In this document: one piece after another, positions 50,109 through 62,094 of the stretch
Numbering within the stretch: position 1 is the first letter of the stretch
Layout: every line of letters begins with the position of its first letter
Assembly (NCBI GenBank): GCA_963784845.1
Contig: CAWASN010000007.1
Location: 4,022 to 68,021 of the forward strand
Reading direction: 5' to 3'
DNA: 64,000 bases
Origin: an uncultured Actinomycetes bacterium
GTDB taxonomy: Bacteria; Actinomycetota; Acidimicrobiia; IMCC26256; PALSA-610
Translations under genes and position numbers: made by a program
Notes under the pieces: model-generated
Databases searched by the model: none
The model's input: only the letters and a program-made list of their open reading frames with translations
What the model was told of the DNA's origin: nothing

Positions 50109-51812
50109 ATGCCGGCTCGGGACCCCGAGGTCGACGACAGGTGGTCCGCGCGACGGGTGCCGGACGTGCTCCGGGACCACTACGTCGCGCGAGGTTGGTG
50201 GACCTCCGAGACACTCGGTGGCCTGGTCGATCGGTCTCTTCGCGCTGCTCCCGATGCCACGGTGAACGTCTGGTCGGAGGTTCGGCCCTGGCACGGGACC
50301 TACGCCGAGATCCGTGCCGACGCACTCCGGTTGCTCCGGGTCCTCGCCGACGCCGGCCTCCGGCCCGGTGACGTCGTCGCGTTCCAGCTGCCGAACTGGC
50401 GAGAGGCGGTCGTCGCGTTCTACGGCCTGGCCATGGGCGGGTATGTCCTCGTACCGATCGTCCACATCTACGGCCACAAGGAGGTGCGGTTCATCCTGGG
50501 GCAGAGCCGCGCCCGCGCCTACGTGTCGGCGGATCGGCACGGTCATGTCGACTACATCGACATCGTCGACGGCGCCGCGCCCGAGGAGCTGGGCGATCTC
50601 GAGCTGCATGTCGTGGTCGGGTCTCCCGGCGCGGACCTGCAAGCACGCGTGCGGCGCGTCGCGTGGGACGTCGTCGACGCGGCGACGCCTGCCGCGGTGA
50701 TCGGGACCGCGAACTGCGACGACGTCTGCGTGCTCGCGTATACCTCGGGGACGACCAGCGACCCGAAGGGTGTGCTGCACACTCATCGCACGCTGCTGGC
50801 CGAGTTGGTGCACATGCGGTCGTGGATCACACCGGGATCGCCGAACCTCATGGGTTCGCCGATTACTCACGCGACCGGCATGCTCGGCGCGGTGCTCGCC
50901 CCGATGGAGATGGGTGAGGACATCCATCTGATCGATCGGTGGGATCCGGGACGTGTCCTCCAGGTGATGCTCGAAGCGGATGTCGGTGCCGGTACCGGAG
51001 CGTCCGTCTTCCTGGCGAGCATCCTCGACCACCCGGCGTTCACTCCTGCGCACGCGCGACGCATCCGCCGCGTCGGCCTGGGCGGGGCGCCGGTACCCGT
51101 CGCGCTCGCGGAGCGGGCCGCCGCTCACGGCATCGCGCTGGTGCGCGCGTACGGGTCGACCGAGCACCCCTCCGTGAGCGGCGGCTCGTTCGACGATCCG
51201 CCGGAGAAGCGCCATCGCACCGACGGTGCGCCGATGGCCGGTGTCGAAATCCGGCTCCTCGGTGACGACGGCGCGCCGGTCGAGCCGGGCGCAGCGGGCG
51301 AGATCTGGTCGCGCGGTCCCGATCTGTGCGCCGGCTACACCGATCCCGTGCTGACCGCCGCCGCCTTCGACGCCGACGGCTGGTATCGCAGCGGCGACAT
51401 GGGCGTCGTCGATGCAGAAGGATTCCTGACGATCACCGACCGCGTGAAGGACGTGATCATCCGCGGCGGCGAGAACGTCTCCGCCGCGGAGATCGAGGAG
51501 GTCGTGGCGGCGCTACCGCAGGTCGCCGAAGTCGCGGTGATCGCGGTGCCCGACGAGCGCTTCGGGGAGCGGGCGTGTGCCGTCGTCCGGCTCGCGCCCG
51601 GCGCCGCGGCACCCGACCTCGGTGACATCACGTCCGAGCTGGAGCGGATCGGCCTGGCCCGCCAGAAGTGGCCCGAGGAGCTGCGGATCGTCGAGGAGTT
51701 CCCGCGCACCGCTGCGGGCAAGGTCCGCAAGGTGGACCTCCGGCGGCAGTTGCACGCCCTTTCCGGTGACGACAACCTGATCGACGTGCGGGCGCCGCGG
51801 AGGGAGCCATGA
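50109..51812 (+). CDS. Acyl-CoA synthetase / AMP-binding enzyme
   Basis: Intact from the ATG at 50109. Motifs are YTSGTTSDPKGV, YGSTE, GWYRSGD, and RGGENVSAAEIE...PRTAAGKVRK. Confidence 0.88.
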   Translation: MPARDPEVDDRWSARRVPDVLRDHYVARGWWTSETLGGLVDRSLRAAPDATVNVWSEVRPWHGTYAEIRADALRLLRVLADAGLRPGDVVAFQLPNWREAVVAFYGLAMGGYVLVPIVHIYGHKEVRFILGQSRARAYVSADRHGHVDYIDIVDGAAPEELGDLELHVVVGSPGADLQARVRRVAWDVVDAATPAAVIGTANCDDVCVLAYTSGTTSDPKGVLHTHRTLLAELVHMRSWITPGSPNLMGSPITHATGMLGAVLAPMEMGEDIHLIDRWDPGRVLQVMLEADVGAGTGASVFLASILDHPAFTPAHARRIRRVGLGGAPVPVALAERAAAHGIALVRAYGSTEHPSVSGGSFDDPPEKRHRTDGAPMAGVEIRLLGDDGAPVEPGAAGEIWSRGPDLCAGYTDPVLTAAAFDADGWYRSGDMGVVDAEGFLTITDRVKDVIIRGGENVSAAEIEEVVAALPQVAEVAVIAVPDERFGERACAVVRLAPGAAAPDLGDITSELERIGLARQKWPEELRIVEEFPRTAAGKVRKVDLRRQLHALSGDDNLIDVRAPRREP

Positions 51813-52657
51813 ACACCGACGCGTACCGCTCGATCGAGGTGCTGCCGATCGCGGGCTCGCTCGGCGCCGAGATCACCGGGCGTCGATCTGGCGACCGATC
51901 TGGTCGACGAAACCGTGGCCGAGATCCGCCGGGCGTGGCTGGAGCACCTCGTCGTGTTCTTCCGCGACCAGTTCCTCGCTCCCGGCGGAGTTCCTCGCGT
52001 TCGCCCGCCGGATCGGGGAACCCGTGGAGTACCCGTTCGTGCGAGGCATCGACGGGTTCCCCGACATCATCGCCGTCTCGAAGCTGCCGCACGAGACCGT
52101 GAACTTCGGCGGCATATGGCACAGCGACACCGTGTACCTCGAATGCCCGCCGATGGCAACGATGCTGTTGGCTCGCGAGGTGCCGCGCTACGGGGGAGAC
52201 ACCATGTGGTCGAACATGTATGCGGCGTACGACGCGCTCTCTCCCGGCATGCAACGTGTTCTCGAGAACCTGCGATCGGTGAACAGCTCGGCGCTCGCCG
52301 ACGTGTCGAAGACGAGAGAGGACCGTATTCGTGACTCCGGTAACACCACCGAGCGCGAGTACCTCTCGGAGCATCCCGTCGTGCGCACCCATCCCGAGAC
52401 CGGTCGCAAGGCTCTCTACGTCAACGTCGCGGACACGCACCGTTTCGTCGACATGACCGAGGACGAGAGCCGACCGCTGCTGGGATATCTCTTCGAGCAC
52501 TCGATACGGCCGGAGTTCACGTGCCGATTCCGGTGGCGCGTCGGCTCGGTCGCGCTCGTGGGACAACCGGTGCACGATGCACAACCCGGTGAACGACTAC
52601 CACGGCTCCACGCGCACGATGCACCGCATCACCCTCGCCGGAGACGTCCCGTCGTGA
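51809..52657 (+). CDS. TauD/TfdA family Fe(II)/2-oxoglutarate-dependent dioxygenase (frameshifts)
   Basis: The ATG at 51809 overlaps the upstream stop (ATGA). Segments are GAEITGVDL.., WHSDTVYLECPPMATMLLAREVPRYGGDTMWSN, and the tail [28 protein letters not shown] after frame switches. Confidence 0.8.
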
Positions 52658-54256
52658 CGGGTCGAGGGGTGCGCAGCGAGGTGACCTGGCCGACGATTCC
52701 CGCCATGATCCGGGACGCGGCGCGCCGCCGCGGCGGTGCCGAGGCGGTCGTCGACGCCGATCGGCGCGTCGACTTCGCAACGCTGCGGCGCCGGGTCGAC
52801 GACGCCGCGCGCGGCGCTGCTCGCGTCGGGTGTCGATCGCGGCGACCGCGTCGCGGTCTGGGCGCCGAACTCACTCGAGTGGATCGTCGCCGCGCTCGGC
52901 GTGACGACCGCGGGCGGCGGTGCTCGTCCCGATCAACACGCGATTTCGTGGTGCCGAAGCTTCCTTCGTCCTCGCTCGCAGCCGCGCGCGGGCACTGTTC
53001 ACGGTGCGCGGGTTCCTCGACACGGACTACCCGGCGCTGCTCGCAAGCTCCGGGGTGGCGCTCCCCGCGCTCGAGCAGACCATTTTGCTCTCGGGTGACG
53101 ACGACGAGGTGTCCGTCGGTTGGGACGAATTCGTCGCGCGCGGGCGCTCGGTGCCGGACGCGGAGCTGGACGCGCGCGTCGCGTCCGATAGGCCCCGACG
53201 ATCCCAGCGATGTGGTCTTCACCTCGGGAACGACGGGGAATCCCAAGGGCGTCGTCATGACACACGGCCAGACGTTGCGCGCCTACCTCGACTGGTGCGA
53301 CTGGGCCGACCTCCGCCCGGGCGACCGCTACCTCATCGCGAACCCCTTCTTCCACATCTTCGGCTACAAGGCCGGGTGCCTCGCGTGCCTGATGCGGGGC
53401 GCGACGATCTTGCCGCTCGCGGTGTTCGACGCGGGTGTGGTGCTCGAGCTCGTCGAACGCGAGCGGATCTCGGTCCTCCCCGGCCCACCGACGATCTACC
53501 ACTCGTTGCTCGACCACCCCGAGCGCGCCGGCCGCGACATCACGAGCCTGCGCGTCGCGGTGACGGGTGCGGCCGACATTCCCGTAGAGCTCATCCGGCG
53601 CGTGCGCCAGGAGCTGCCGTTCGAGCGCATCCTCACCGGGTACGGCCTCACCGAAGCCGGCACCGTCACCGGCAGCCGGCCCGACGACGACTTCGAGCAC
53701 ATCGCGACCACCGTCGGCGTCGCCTGGCCCGGGTTCGAAGTTCGGACGGTCACCGAAGCGGGTGTCGACACCGGTCCGGGGGAAACCGGCGAGGTGTTGG
53801 TGCGGGGTGAGACGGTGACGCTGCGGATATCTCGACGATCCGGAAGCCACGGCGGTCGCGATCGACGGCGACGGATGGCTGCACACGGGTGACCTCGGAA
53901 CTCTCGACCCCGAGGGGTACCTGCGCATCGTGGGGCGCATCAAGGACATGTTCATCGTCGGCGGGTTCAACGCCTATCCGGCCGAGATCGAGAACCTGCT
54001 CCTGCGCCATCCGCGCGTTCGCGCAGGCCGCGGTGATCGGCGTGCCCGACTCCCGGCTCGGCGAGGTCGGCAAGGCCTTCGTCGTCCTGGAGCCCGGTGG
54101 GCCGATCGAGCCGTCGGAGATCATCGACTGGGCGCGCGCGCGAGATGGCGAACTTCAAGGTGCCCCGCTTCGGTGGAGTTCCTCGCCGCGCTGCCCGTCA
54201 ACGCGACGGGCAAGGTCGTCAAGGACGAGCTTCGGGCGCGCCCGGTGTCGTCGTGA
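52654..54256 (+). CDS. Acyl-CoA synthetase / AMP-binding enzyme (several frameshifts)
   Basis: The GTG at 52654 forms a GTGA overlap. Motifs are [30 protein letters not shown], and [13 protein letters not shown]...[12 protein letters not shown]. Confidence 0.8.
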
Positions 54257-55103
54257 CCGCAGAGTACGAGACGATCGCCTACGACGGGACCGACGACGGC
54301 GGGATCGCCCGCATCACGTTGCAGCGCCCCCGGCGGCTCAACGCCTTCACCAACCGGATGCAGCACGAGCTCGGCGATGCCTTCGACCGAGTCGATGCGG
54401 ATCTCGACGTGCGCGCGGTGGTGGTGACCGGGTCGGGACGAGGGTTCTGCGCCGGCGCCGATCTGGGCTCGGGCGAGCGGACGTTTGCCGGGGGGAAGCG
54501 GTCGGGACGCGATCCCGGGCGGCGTGGTCGCGTTGCGGATCTTCGATTGCACCAAGCCGGTGATCGCGGCGGTGAACGGTCCCGCCGTCGGCGTCGGGGC
54601 ATCGATGACGCTCCCCATGGACGCCCGGTTCGCGGCGCCGGACGCGACGTTCGGCTTCGTGTTCACCCGGCTCGGGATCGTCCCCGAGGCCTGCTCGTCA
54701 TGGTTTCTGCCGCGGCTCGTGGGCATTCCGACCGCGCTCGAATGGTTGATGTCGGGGCGGACCGTCTCTGCCGCCGACGCGCTGGCCGCCGGTCTGGTGC
54801 ACGGCATTGCCGACGATGTCGTGTCGGCCGCGACGGAGTACGCGCGCAGCCTGGTGAGCGGGACCGCGCCGGTGTCGGTCACGCTCGACGCGCCAGCTCG
54901 TCTGGCGGATGACGACGGTCGCCGGCCCGGCGGACGCGCACCGGGTCGACTCCGCGCTGTTGTTGTCCGCGGCCGCGACGCCGGACGCCCGCGAGGGCGT
55001 CGCGGCGTTTCGCGAGCGCCGCGAACCCGACTTCTCGATGCGTGTTCCGGACGATCTCCCCGGCGCGTATCCGTGGTGGGAACCCGAGGAATGGAGTACC
55101 TGA
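54253..55103 (+). CDS. Enoyl-CoA hydratase/isomerase (crotonase) family protein (frameshifts)
   Basis: The GTG at 54253 forms a GTGA overlap. Segments are [45 protein letters not shown], and the tail [14 protein letters not shown]. Confidence 0.8.
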
Positions 55104-55528
55104 TGGCGCGAGTACCCGTCGCGGAGGGCATCTTCACCGGTCCCGAGCGATGCCCCGCAGTTGATCGGGGGCCGGTGTGCCGAGTGCGGGATCGTCACCT
55201 TTCCCGCGCAGGACTCGTGCCCGCGCTGCGCGTCGACCGAGATGGCCGAACACCTGCTGGCGCGGCGGGGCCGGCTCTGGGCGTGGACGACCCAGGAATT
55301 CCCACCGCCGTCGCCGCCGTACTCGGGACCGACGGGCAGCGACTTCGTTCCCTTCGGTGTCGGCTACGTCGAACTCGCCGACGAGGTGAAGGTCGAGGCG
55401 CGCCTCACCGAAGTCCGACCCCGACGTGCTGCACCTCGGCATGGAGATGGAGCTGGTGCTCGGTCCCGTTCCGCACCGACGACGACGGCAACGAGGTCGT
55501 GACCTTCGCCTTCCGACCGGTGGGCTGA
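55103..55528 (+). CDS. Zn-ribbon/OB-fold protein (DUF35 family), frameshifts
   Basis: The ATG at 55103 shares one base with the upstream TGA. RCAECGIVTFPAQDSCPRCAS forms a C4 ribbon in the 55161 frame. The tail is DDDGNEVVTFAFRPVG. Confidence 0.75.
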   Translation: MARVPVAEGIFTGPERCPAVDRGPVCRVRDRHLSRAGLVPALRVDRDGRTPAGAAGPALGVDDPGIPTAVAAVLGTDGQRLRSLRCRLRRTRRRGEGRGAPHRSPTPTCCTSAWRWSWCSVPFRTDDDGNEVVTFAFRPVG

Positions 55529-55560
55529 GCCATCGCGCCGAACCAGCGCGAGAGAGCGAC

Positions 55561-56716
55561 ATGAATCGGACGTCGCGATCGTCGGAGTCGGACTGCATCC
55601 GTTCGGCCGCTTCCCGGGGGTGACCGGCATCGAGATGGGCGCGATCGCGATCCGGCGCGCGCTCGCCGACGCGGGGGTCGAGTGGCGCGACATCCAGTTC
55701 GCGTTCGGCGGCAGCTACGAGGTCGACAACCCGGACGCGGTCGTGGCGCTGCTGGGGCTCACCGGGCATCCCGTTCACCGACGTGTACAACGGGTGCGCG
55801 ACCGCGGCCAGCGCGCTCGACCCTGGCCGCCGAACACGATCCGGCTCGGCGATCACGATCTCGGCATCGCGGTCGGCATGGACAAGCACCTCCCGGGCGC
55901 GTTCAGCGCCGACCCGCGCTTGTACGCGCTGCCCGTCGTGGTACGGCGAGGTCGGCCAGTTCGTCACGACGAAGTTCTTCGGCATGAAGATCAACAAGTA
56001 CATGCACGATCACGGGATCTCGCACGAGACGCTCGCGCGAGGTCGCGGCGAAGAACTACCGCAACGGCGTGTCGAACCCGAACGCGTTCCGGCGCAAGGC
56101 GCTCTCCGAGGAGGAGATCCTCGCGTCGCCGATGCTCAACTACCCGCTGACGCAGTACATGTTCTGCAGTCCCGACGAAGGCGCCGCCGCGGTCGTGCTG
56201 TGCCGGGCCGAGCACGCCCACCGTTACACCGACACGCCGATCTACCTGCGCGCGTCCACCGTGCGGACCCGCCGGCTCGGCGCGTTCGAGGTGCACAGCC
56301 CGTGGCTCCCGATCGAGGAGACCGTCGGCGCCGACCGTCGACGCGTCGCGTCGCCGCGTACGAGATGGCGGGCATCGGGCCCGAAGACGTCGACGTGATC
56401 CAGCTCCAGGACACCGACGCCGGCGCGGAGGTGATCCACCTCGCCGAGAACGGCTTCTGCGCCGACGGCGACCAGGAGGCGCTCGTCGCCGACGGCGCGC
56501 TCGAGATCGGCGGCCCGCTCCCGGTCAACACCGACGGCGGGCTGATCGCGAACGGCGAGCCGATCGGCGCGTCGGGCCTGCGGCAGGTGCACGAGGTCGT
56601 GCTCCAACTCCGCGGCCGGGCCGGCGACCGCCAGGTGCCCGGCGAACCCGAAGGTCGGCTACACCCAGCTCTACGGCGCGCCCGGTACCGCCGGCGTGTC
56701 GATCCTGTCGGTCTGA
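55561..56716 (+). CDS. Thiolase-like protein (lipid-transfer-protein/SCP-x type), frameshifts
   Basis: GAGAGAG precedes the ATG at 55561. Segments are DVAIVGVGLHPFGRF, YNGCATAASAL, TTKFFGMKINKYMHDHG, NTDGGLIANGEPIGASG, and the tail GVSILSV. Confidence 0.75.
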
Positions 56717-56782
56717 GGATTCCCGTGTGGCGACCGGGCGTGGCCGGGACGGTGTCCGCGAGCATTGCATTCTCAAATCTGT

Positions 56783-56795
56783 AGAACTAGGTTCT
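56783..56795. promoter_or_regulatory. Perfect palindrome AGAAC-TAG-GTTCT upstream of the acyl-CoA dehydrogenase pair
   Basis: Read directly in an AT-richer spacer (gcattgcattctcaaatctgtAGAACTAGGTTCTcc), ending 6 nt before the GTG at 56802. Confidence 0.5.
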
Positions 56796-56801
56796 CCGCA
56801 A

Positions 56802-57859
56802 GTGGATACGCGGGACACGCCCGAGCAGGCGGAGCTGCGGCGCTCGGCCCGCCAGCTCGCGCGGCAGCTCGGGCCGGCGACCGTCGCCGACCTCGACGAC
56901 GCGACCCGCGCGCAAGCGCCTCGCCGCGGCGGTGCGCGACGCGGGCTGGCTCGAGCTGCGCGACGACGCTGGGGGCGGGGCGCCGCTCGCGAGCGGCGTC
57001 GAGGCCGCGATCGTCGCCGACGCGCTCGGGGGCGCGGTGGCCGACGTCGCCGTTCGCCGGACCCGATCCTGGCCGCGAGACCTCGCGCGCCGTGCCGGCG
57101 TGCCGGCGACGACGCCGCCGTCGTCGCGTTCGCGCCCGCGCTCATCGGCGCGGCCGTCGTGCCGGATGCCGACGACCGACGACACCGATCCACGCCGTCG
57201 ACAGTGGCGACGACGGCATCGAGTCGGCGACGTGTCTGGTTCCCGAAGGCGACGGCTACCGCCTCGGGCAGGTGCCGGTCGACAGCCCGCGCGCGGCGCG
57301 GCACCGACCTCACGCCGTGCGTCCGCGACGGTCCCGACCGGCGCAGCCGGTGCAGGTCGATCGCGGACCAGGCCCGGCTCCTCACGCCCGACGACCTCGC
57401 CGAGTGGGCCGCGCTCGGCCTGGCGCTCACCAGCGCCGACCTCGTCGGCGTCGATGCGCGGCGTGCTCGACGTCACGGTCGCGTACGCGGCCGAGCGCCG
57501 GCAGTACGGCGTCCCGATCGGCTCGTTCCAGGCCGTGCAGCACCTGCTCGCCGAAGCGCGCTGCCTGATGGAGGGCTCGCTCAGCGTCGCGCTGCACGCG
57601 TCGTGGGCGGTCGACAACCTCCCGCCCGCCGAAGCCTGCGCGGCCGGCCGGGTCGCCAAGGCCTACTGCGCGCGCGCGGCTCGCACGGTCTGCGAGACCG
57701 CGGTGCAGGTCCACGGCGGCATCGGCAACACGTGGGAGTGCGTCGCGCACGTGTACCTGCGTCGGGCGCTGCTCTCGTCGCAGTGGTTCGGCGACGACGG
57801 TGTGCAGCTGCGCGAGCTCGCAGCGCGAGCGTCTGGGGGCGGCCGATGGACTTTCGTGA
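56802..57859 (+). CDS. Acyl-CoA dehydrogenase family protein (first of a tandem pair; frameshifts; 3' end approximate)
   Basis: Segments are TPEQAELRRSARQLARQL and the C-terminal domain YAAERRQYGVPIGSFQAVQHLLAEA...VHGGIGNTWE in ORF 56932..58014. Confidence 0.7.
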
Positions 57860-58989
57860 CTCGCCGGCCGAAGCCGAGTTCCGCGCGCGCCTGCGGGCGC
57901 TGGCTCGCCGAGCAACAATCCCGGCTCTGCCGGCGTCGTCGACCGACGACGAGTACTGGGCCCGCCAGGCCGAATGGCACACCGCGCTCTACGACGCCGG
58001 CTTCTTCGGTCTGAGCTGGCCCTCGCGTTTCGGCGGTCACGACCTGCCGACGGTCTTCGACGTGATCCTCGACGAGGAGCTCGCTGCCGCGGGCGCGCCG
58101 CCGCGCCCGAGCCTCGGCTACCTCGTGCAGGGCATCTCGCACCCACGGCAGCGAGGCGATCCAGGAGCGCTTCCTTCCCGGCCTGATCAGCGGGCGCGAG
58201 CGCTGGTGCCAGGGGTTCAGCGAGCCCGACGCCGGCTCCGACCTCGCGTCGCTGCGCACGACCGCGACGCGCGACGGCGACGAGTACGTGATCGACGGGC
58301 CACAAGATCTGGACCAGCTACTCCGACGTCGCCGACTGGTGCCTGCTGCTCGCGCGCACCGATCCCGACGTCGCCGAAGCACAAGGGACTGTCGGCGTTC
58401 GCGGTGCCGATGCACCAGCCGCGGGTCGAGCAGCGGCCGCTGCGGATGATCAACGGCATCACCAACGAGTTCGGGCAGGTGCTGTTCGACGACGCGCGCG
58501 TCCCGGCCGACGAACATGATCGGCGAGCCGGGCGAGGGTTGGCGCCTCGCGATGACGATCGTGAGCCACGAACGCGAGCCGGGCGAGCTCGGCTACGTCG
58601 CGCGCTACGCGAAGACGGTCAAGGAACTCGAGCAGACGCGTGCGTGCGGATCCGTCGGCGTTCCGCGCACGACCAGCGCGAGGCGGTCGCGTGGGCGTAC
58701 GTGCAGACGGAGATGCTGCGGCTGCACGTGTGCCGCCGGCTCTCGGAGCGGCTCGACGGCGTCGAGCACGGTCCCGGCGGATCGATCGACAAGCTGTTGA
58801 TGACGTGGGTCGAGCAGACCGTCGGGAACGCAGCGCTCGCCGTCGTCGGGCACGCACGCCGCGACCGACGCCGACGACGTGGCGCTGAAGATGTACCTCT
58901 ACAGCCGCGCCCAGAGCGTCATGGGTGGCACATCGCAGATCCAGAAGAACATCATCGCCACTCGGATCCTCGGCCTTCCGACGGCCTGA
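57846..58989 (+). CDS. Acyl-CoA dehydrogenase (second of the tandem pair; frameshifts)
   Basis: ATG at 57846 ([17 protein letters not shown]). Further segments are [48 protein letters not shown], and the tail [22 protein letters not shown]. Confidence 0.75.
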
Positions 58990-59018
58990 GCCCGCCCGCC
59001 CGCACAAGGAGCCCCCGC

Positions 59019-59803
59019 ATGGACTACGACCTTCCCGACGTCGTCCGCGTCGAAGCCGACGGCCCGGTCCGCATCGTGCGGCTCGTCGCGCCCCGAGCAG
59101 CTCAACGCGATCAACGAAGAGCTGCACCTCGGGCTGACCCGCCTCTTCCCGCAGCTGAGCGCCGATCCCGACGCGCGCGTCGCGGTCATCACCGGCGAAG
59201 GGCGCGCGTTCTCCGCCGGCGGCGACTTCGACCTCCTCGACCGGATGGCGAACGACCGCGCGCTGCGACACGACGTGATCGCCGAGGGCCGCGAGCTCGT
59301 GCTCAACATGATCCGCTGCCGCGTCCCCGTCGTCGCCGCGGTCAACGGGCCGGCCGTCGGTCTCGGCTGCAGCGTCATCGCGCTCTCCGACGTCGTCTAC
59401 ATGGCCGAGTCGGCGTACCTGTCGGACCCGCACGTGACCGTCGGCCTCGTCGCCGCCGACGGCGGTCCGCTCATCTGGCCGCTGCACACGAGCCTGCTGC
59501 TGGCGAAGGAGTACGCCTTCACCGGCGACCGGATCAGCGCGGCGCGGGCGGCCGAGATCGGCCTCGCGAACCACGTGTGCCCCGACGGCGAGGTGCTCGC
59601 CGCCGCGCTCGCCGCCGCCCACAAGATCGCCGCGCTGCCGCGGCAGGCGGTCGAGGCGACCAAGCGGGTCCTGAACCTGCACGTCGAGCGGGCTGTGCTG
59701 GCCACGATCGACTTCGCGATGGCGGCCGAGACCGAGTCGTTCGACACGCCCGACCTGCGCGCGAACGTCGACCGCTTCCTCGGCCGCACGCGCCGACCGC
59801 TGA
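59019..59803 (+). CDS. Enoyl-CoA hydratase/isomerase family protein (frameshift near the 5' end; 3' end uncertain)
   Basis: AAGGAG precedes the ATG at 59019. Segments are [31 protein letters not shown] and ESFDTPDLRANVDRFL. The stop is taken at the TGA at 59801 in an alternative frame. Confidence 0.7.
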
Positions 59804-59816
59804 GCGGCCCGGCAGC

Positions 59817-61110
59817 TCACGTCGCGCCAGCCGACGGGCGTGAACTCGAGGTGCAGCCGCGTGAGGCCGCGCAGGATGTAGGTCGGCATGTAGTCGTAGC
59901 GGCGCGCGCCGGCGGGGCCGTGCTCGGTCTCGGAGATCGTGATGTCGCGCCATGCGGTCGAGGATGCGTTCGATGCTGACGCGCGCCCTCGGCCCGCGCG
60001 AGCGGCGCGCCCGGGCACGTGTGCACGCCGTGCCCGAACGCGATGTGCTGGCGCGCGTTCGGCGCGGTCGGGCCGGAACTCGTCGGGCTGCTCGAACCGG
60101 CGCGGGTCGCGGTTCGCCGCGCCGGTGAGCACCATCACCGTGGTGCCGGCGGGGATGTCGACGCCGCCGACGGTCGTCGGCACGCGTGACAGGCGGAAGT
60201 CGCCTTTGATCGGGCTCTCGAACCGCAGCATCTCCTCGACGAAGTTCGGGATCCGGTCGCGATCGGCGCGGAGGAGCTGCCTGGAGATCGGGCTGCTCCC
60301 CGAGCATCTGCAACGCGCCCGCCGAGGAGGCGGACGGTCGTTTCCTGGCCCGCGGCGAACAGGTTCGCGGCGACCCGCACGACGTCGATGACCTCGGGCA
60401 GCGAACCGTCGGGGAACGTCGCGGTCGCGAGCCCGGTGAGACGTCGTCGGTCGGGTTGCGCGCGCCGGTCCTCGACGTAGTCGGTGAACCGCGCGTACAG
60501 GAACTCGAGCGGGACTGTGCGTCATCGCCTGTTCGGTGCTGCCGACGCACGCGCCCGGGCGCTTGGCGCCGAGCTCGGCGCGGAACACCTCGTGATCGGA
60601 CTCCGGCACACCGAGCAGATCGGCGATCACGAGCAGCGCGAACGGGCTCGCGAACTCGCTGATGAACTCGCACCGCCCGCCGGCGATGAACTCGTCGAGC
60701 TGGCGATCGGCGAGCCGCCACATGAACTCCTCGTTCTCGCTGCAGCCGCTTCGGTGTGATCAGCCGCATCAGCAGCGCGCGGTGCGCGGTGTGCATCGGC
60801 GGGTCGAGCGTCGGGAGCTGGTCGCTGAACGGCAGCTCGTCGCGGTGCTGCTCGATGAGCGCGCTCGACGTCGTCGCCGTCGAGCGGGACCGGGAAGCCG
60901 GGGAACGGTCCGGTCACCGAGTTGCACGACGAGAACGTCGCGGTGTCGTGGAACACCGCGATCGCCTCTTCGTATCCGGTGACCATCACCACGTCGTGGT
61001 GCGGCTCGCGCTGCACCGGGCACTGCGCCGCGCAGGTGCTCGAAGTACGGGTACGGATCGGCGACGAACGCGTTGTCCCGGAAGAAGTCGATCGCGTCGA
61101 AGTCGGTCAT
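59817..61110 (-). CDS. Cytochrome P450, paralogue 3 (many frameshifts; 3' end approximate)
   Basis: GAAGGAG precedes the ATG at 61110 ([27 protein letters not shown]). Further segments are [49 protein letters not shown], the heme loop ..HTCPGAPLA, and the tail LHLEFTPV. Confidence 0.75.
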
Positions 61111-61123
61111 GGCAGCTCCTTCT

Positions 61124-62094
61124 TCAGAGCTCGATGAGCGTCGGTACGCGGCGCGTCGGCGAGCAGGTGCCGGCCGACGTCGACGGCGATCTCGTCGGCC
61201 GATGCCGAAGAGCCCGTCGAGCACCATCGTCCGCTTGAGGAACCGGTGGAACGGGTGGTCGGTGGTGAAGCCGATCCCGGCGAGCACCTGCTGGCAGTGC
61301 GGGCGACCGTGCGCGCCGTGCGCCCGGCGGTCGCCTTCGCCGAGCGCGGCGGTGCAGCGCGTTCGGCTCGTCGGCCGCGCGCGCGAGCAGCGTCGCGTCG
61401 AGCGCCTCGACCGCGACGAGCGCTTCCGCGAGCCGGTGGCGAACGGCTTGGAACGACGCGATCGGGCGCCCGAACTGGACGCGGTCCAACGCGTGGCGTG
61501 CGGGCGAGGTCGAGCATCGCTCGGCACGCGCCGGCGATCTGGTGCGCGACCGCGCGCCGGCCGGCGGCGACGCGCCGCGTCCCACGCGCGCGGCGTCGAG
61601 CGTCGTCGCCCGCGGCCGCGTCGTGTCCACCCGCACGATCGTGCAACCCGGCGTCGGGGTCGATGCCCGCGCACCGCGGCACGTCGGCGGACGCGGCCGG
61701 GACGCTCACGGCCGCGACGCCGAACCGTCGGCGCGCACACCACGAGCAACTCGGCTCGCGGTGGCGACGCGGCGGTCGCGAGGCCGAGTGCGTGGCACCG
61801 TCGCCGTCGAGCCGGCCGGGCGCGTCCCACGCGCCGAACCGCGGGAGCAGCACGGCGAGGTCGGCGCGCGGCGTCGCGCCGAGCGCCGACGCGACCACGT
61901 CGTCGAGCGCGGTCGCGGTGCGCGTTCGCCGCGCCGAGCGCGTTGAACACGATGTCGATCGCGTCGCGCGGCTCGGCGGCGAGCATCTCGAGCCATCCGA
62001 GATCGGCCAGCGCGGCGTCGGCGCTCGCGCCGCGTCGGCCGACGAGCGCGCGCGCCGACGTCTCGTCGAGCAGCGCGCGTTCGGCCGCGTCCAT
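61124..62094 (-). CDS. Acyl-CoA dehydrogenase family protein (second of a minus-strand tandem pair; frameshifts)
   Basis: The ATG at 62094 shares one base with the upstream TGA. Segments are MDAAERALLDETSARALVG, RVQFGRPIASFQAVRHRLAEA, GIGFTTDHPFHRFLKR, and the tail RRVPTLIEL. Confidence 0.7.

Noticed and set aside
56727-59843. 1038-aa plus-strand ORF, and similar giants at 35273..37756, 41920..44235, 58459..60723, 37934..39790 and 61706..63382
   Set aside because: Each is a concatenation of in-frame pieces of two to four real genes with out-of-frame or antisense read-through. Domain motifs appear only in patches, and gene boundaries with SD sites and start codons lie inside them.
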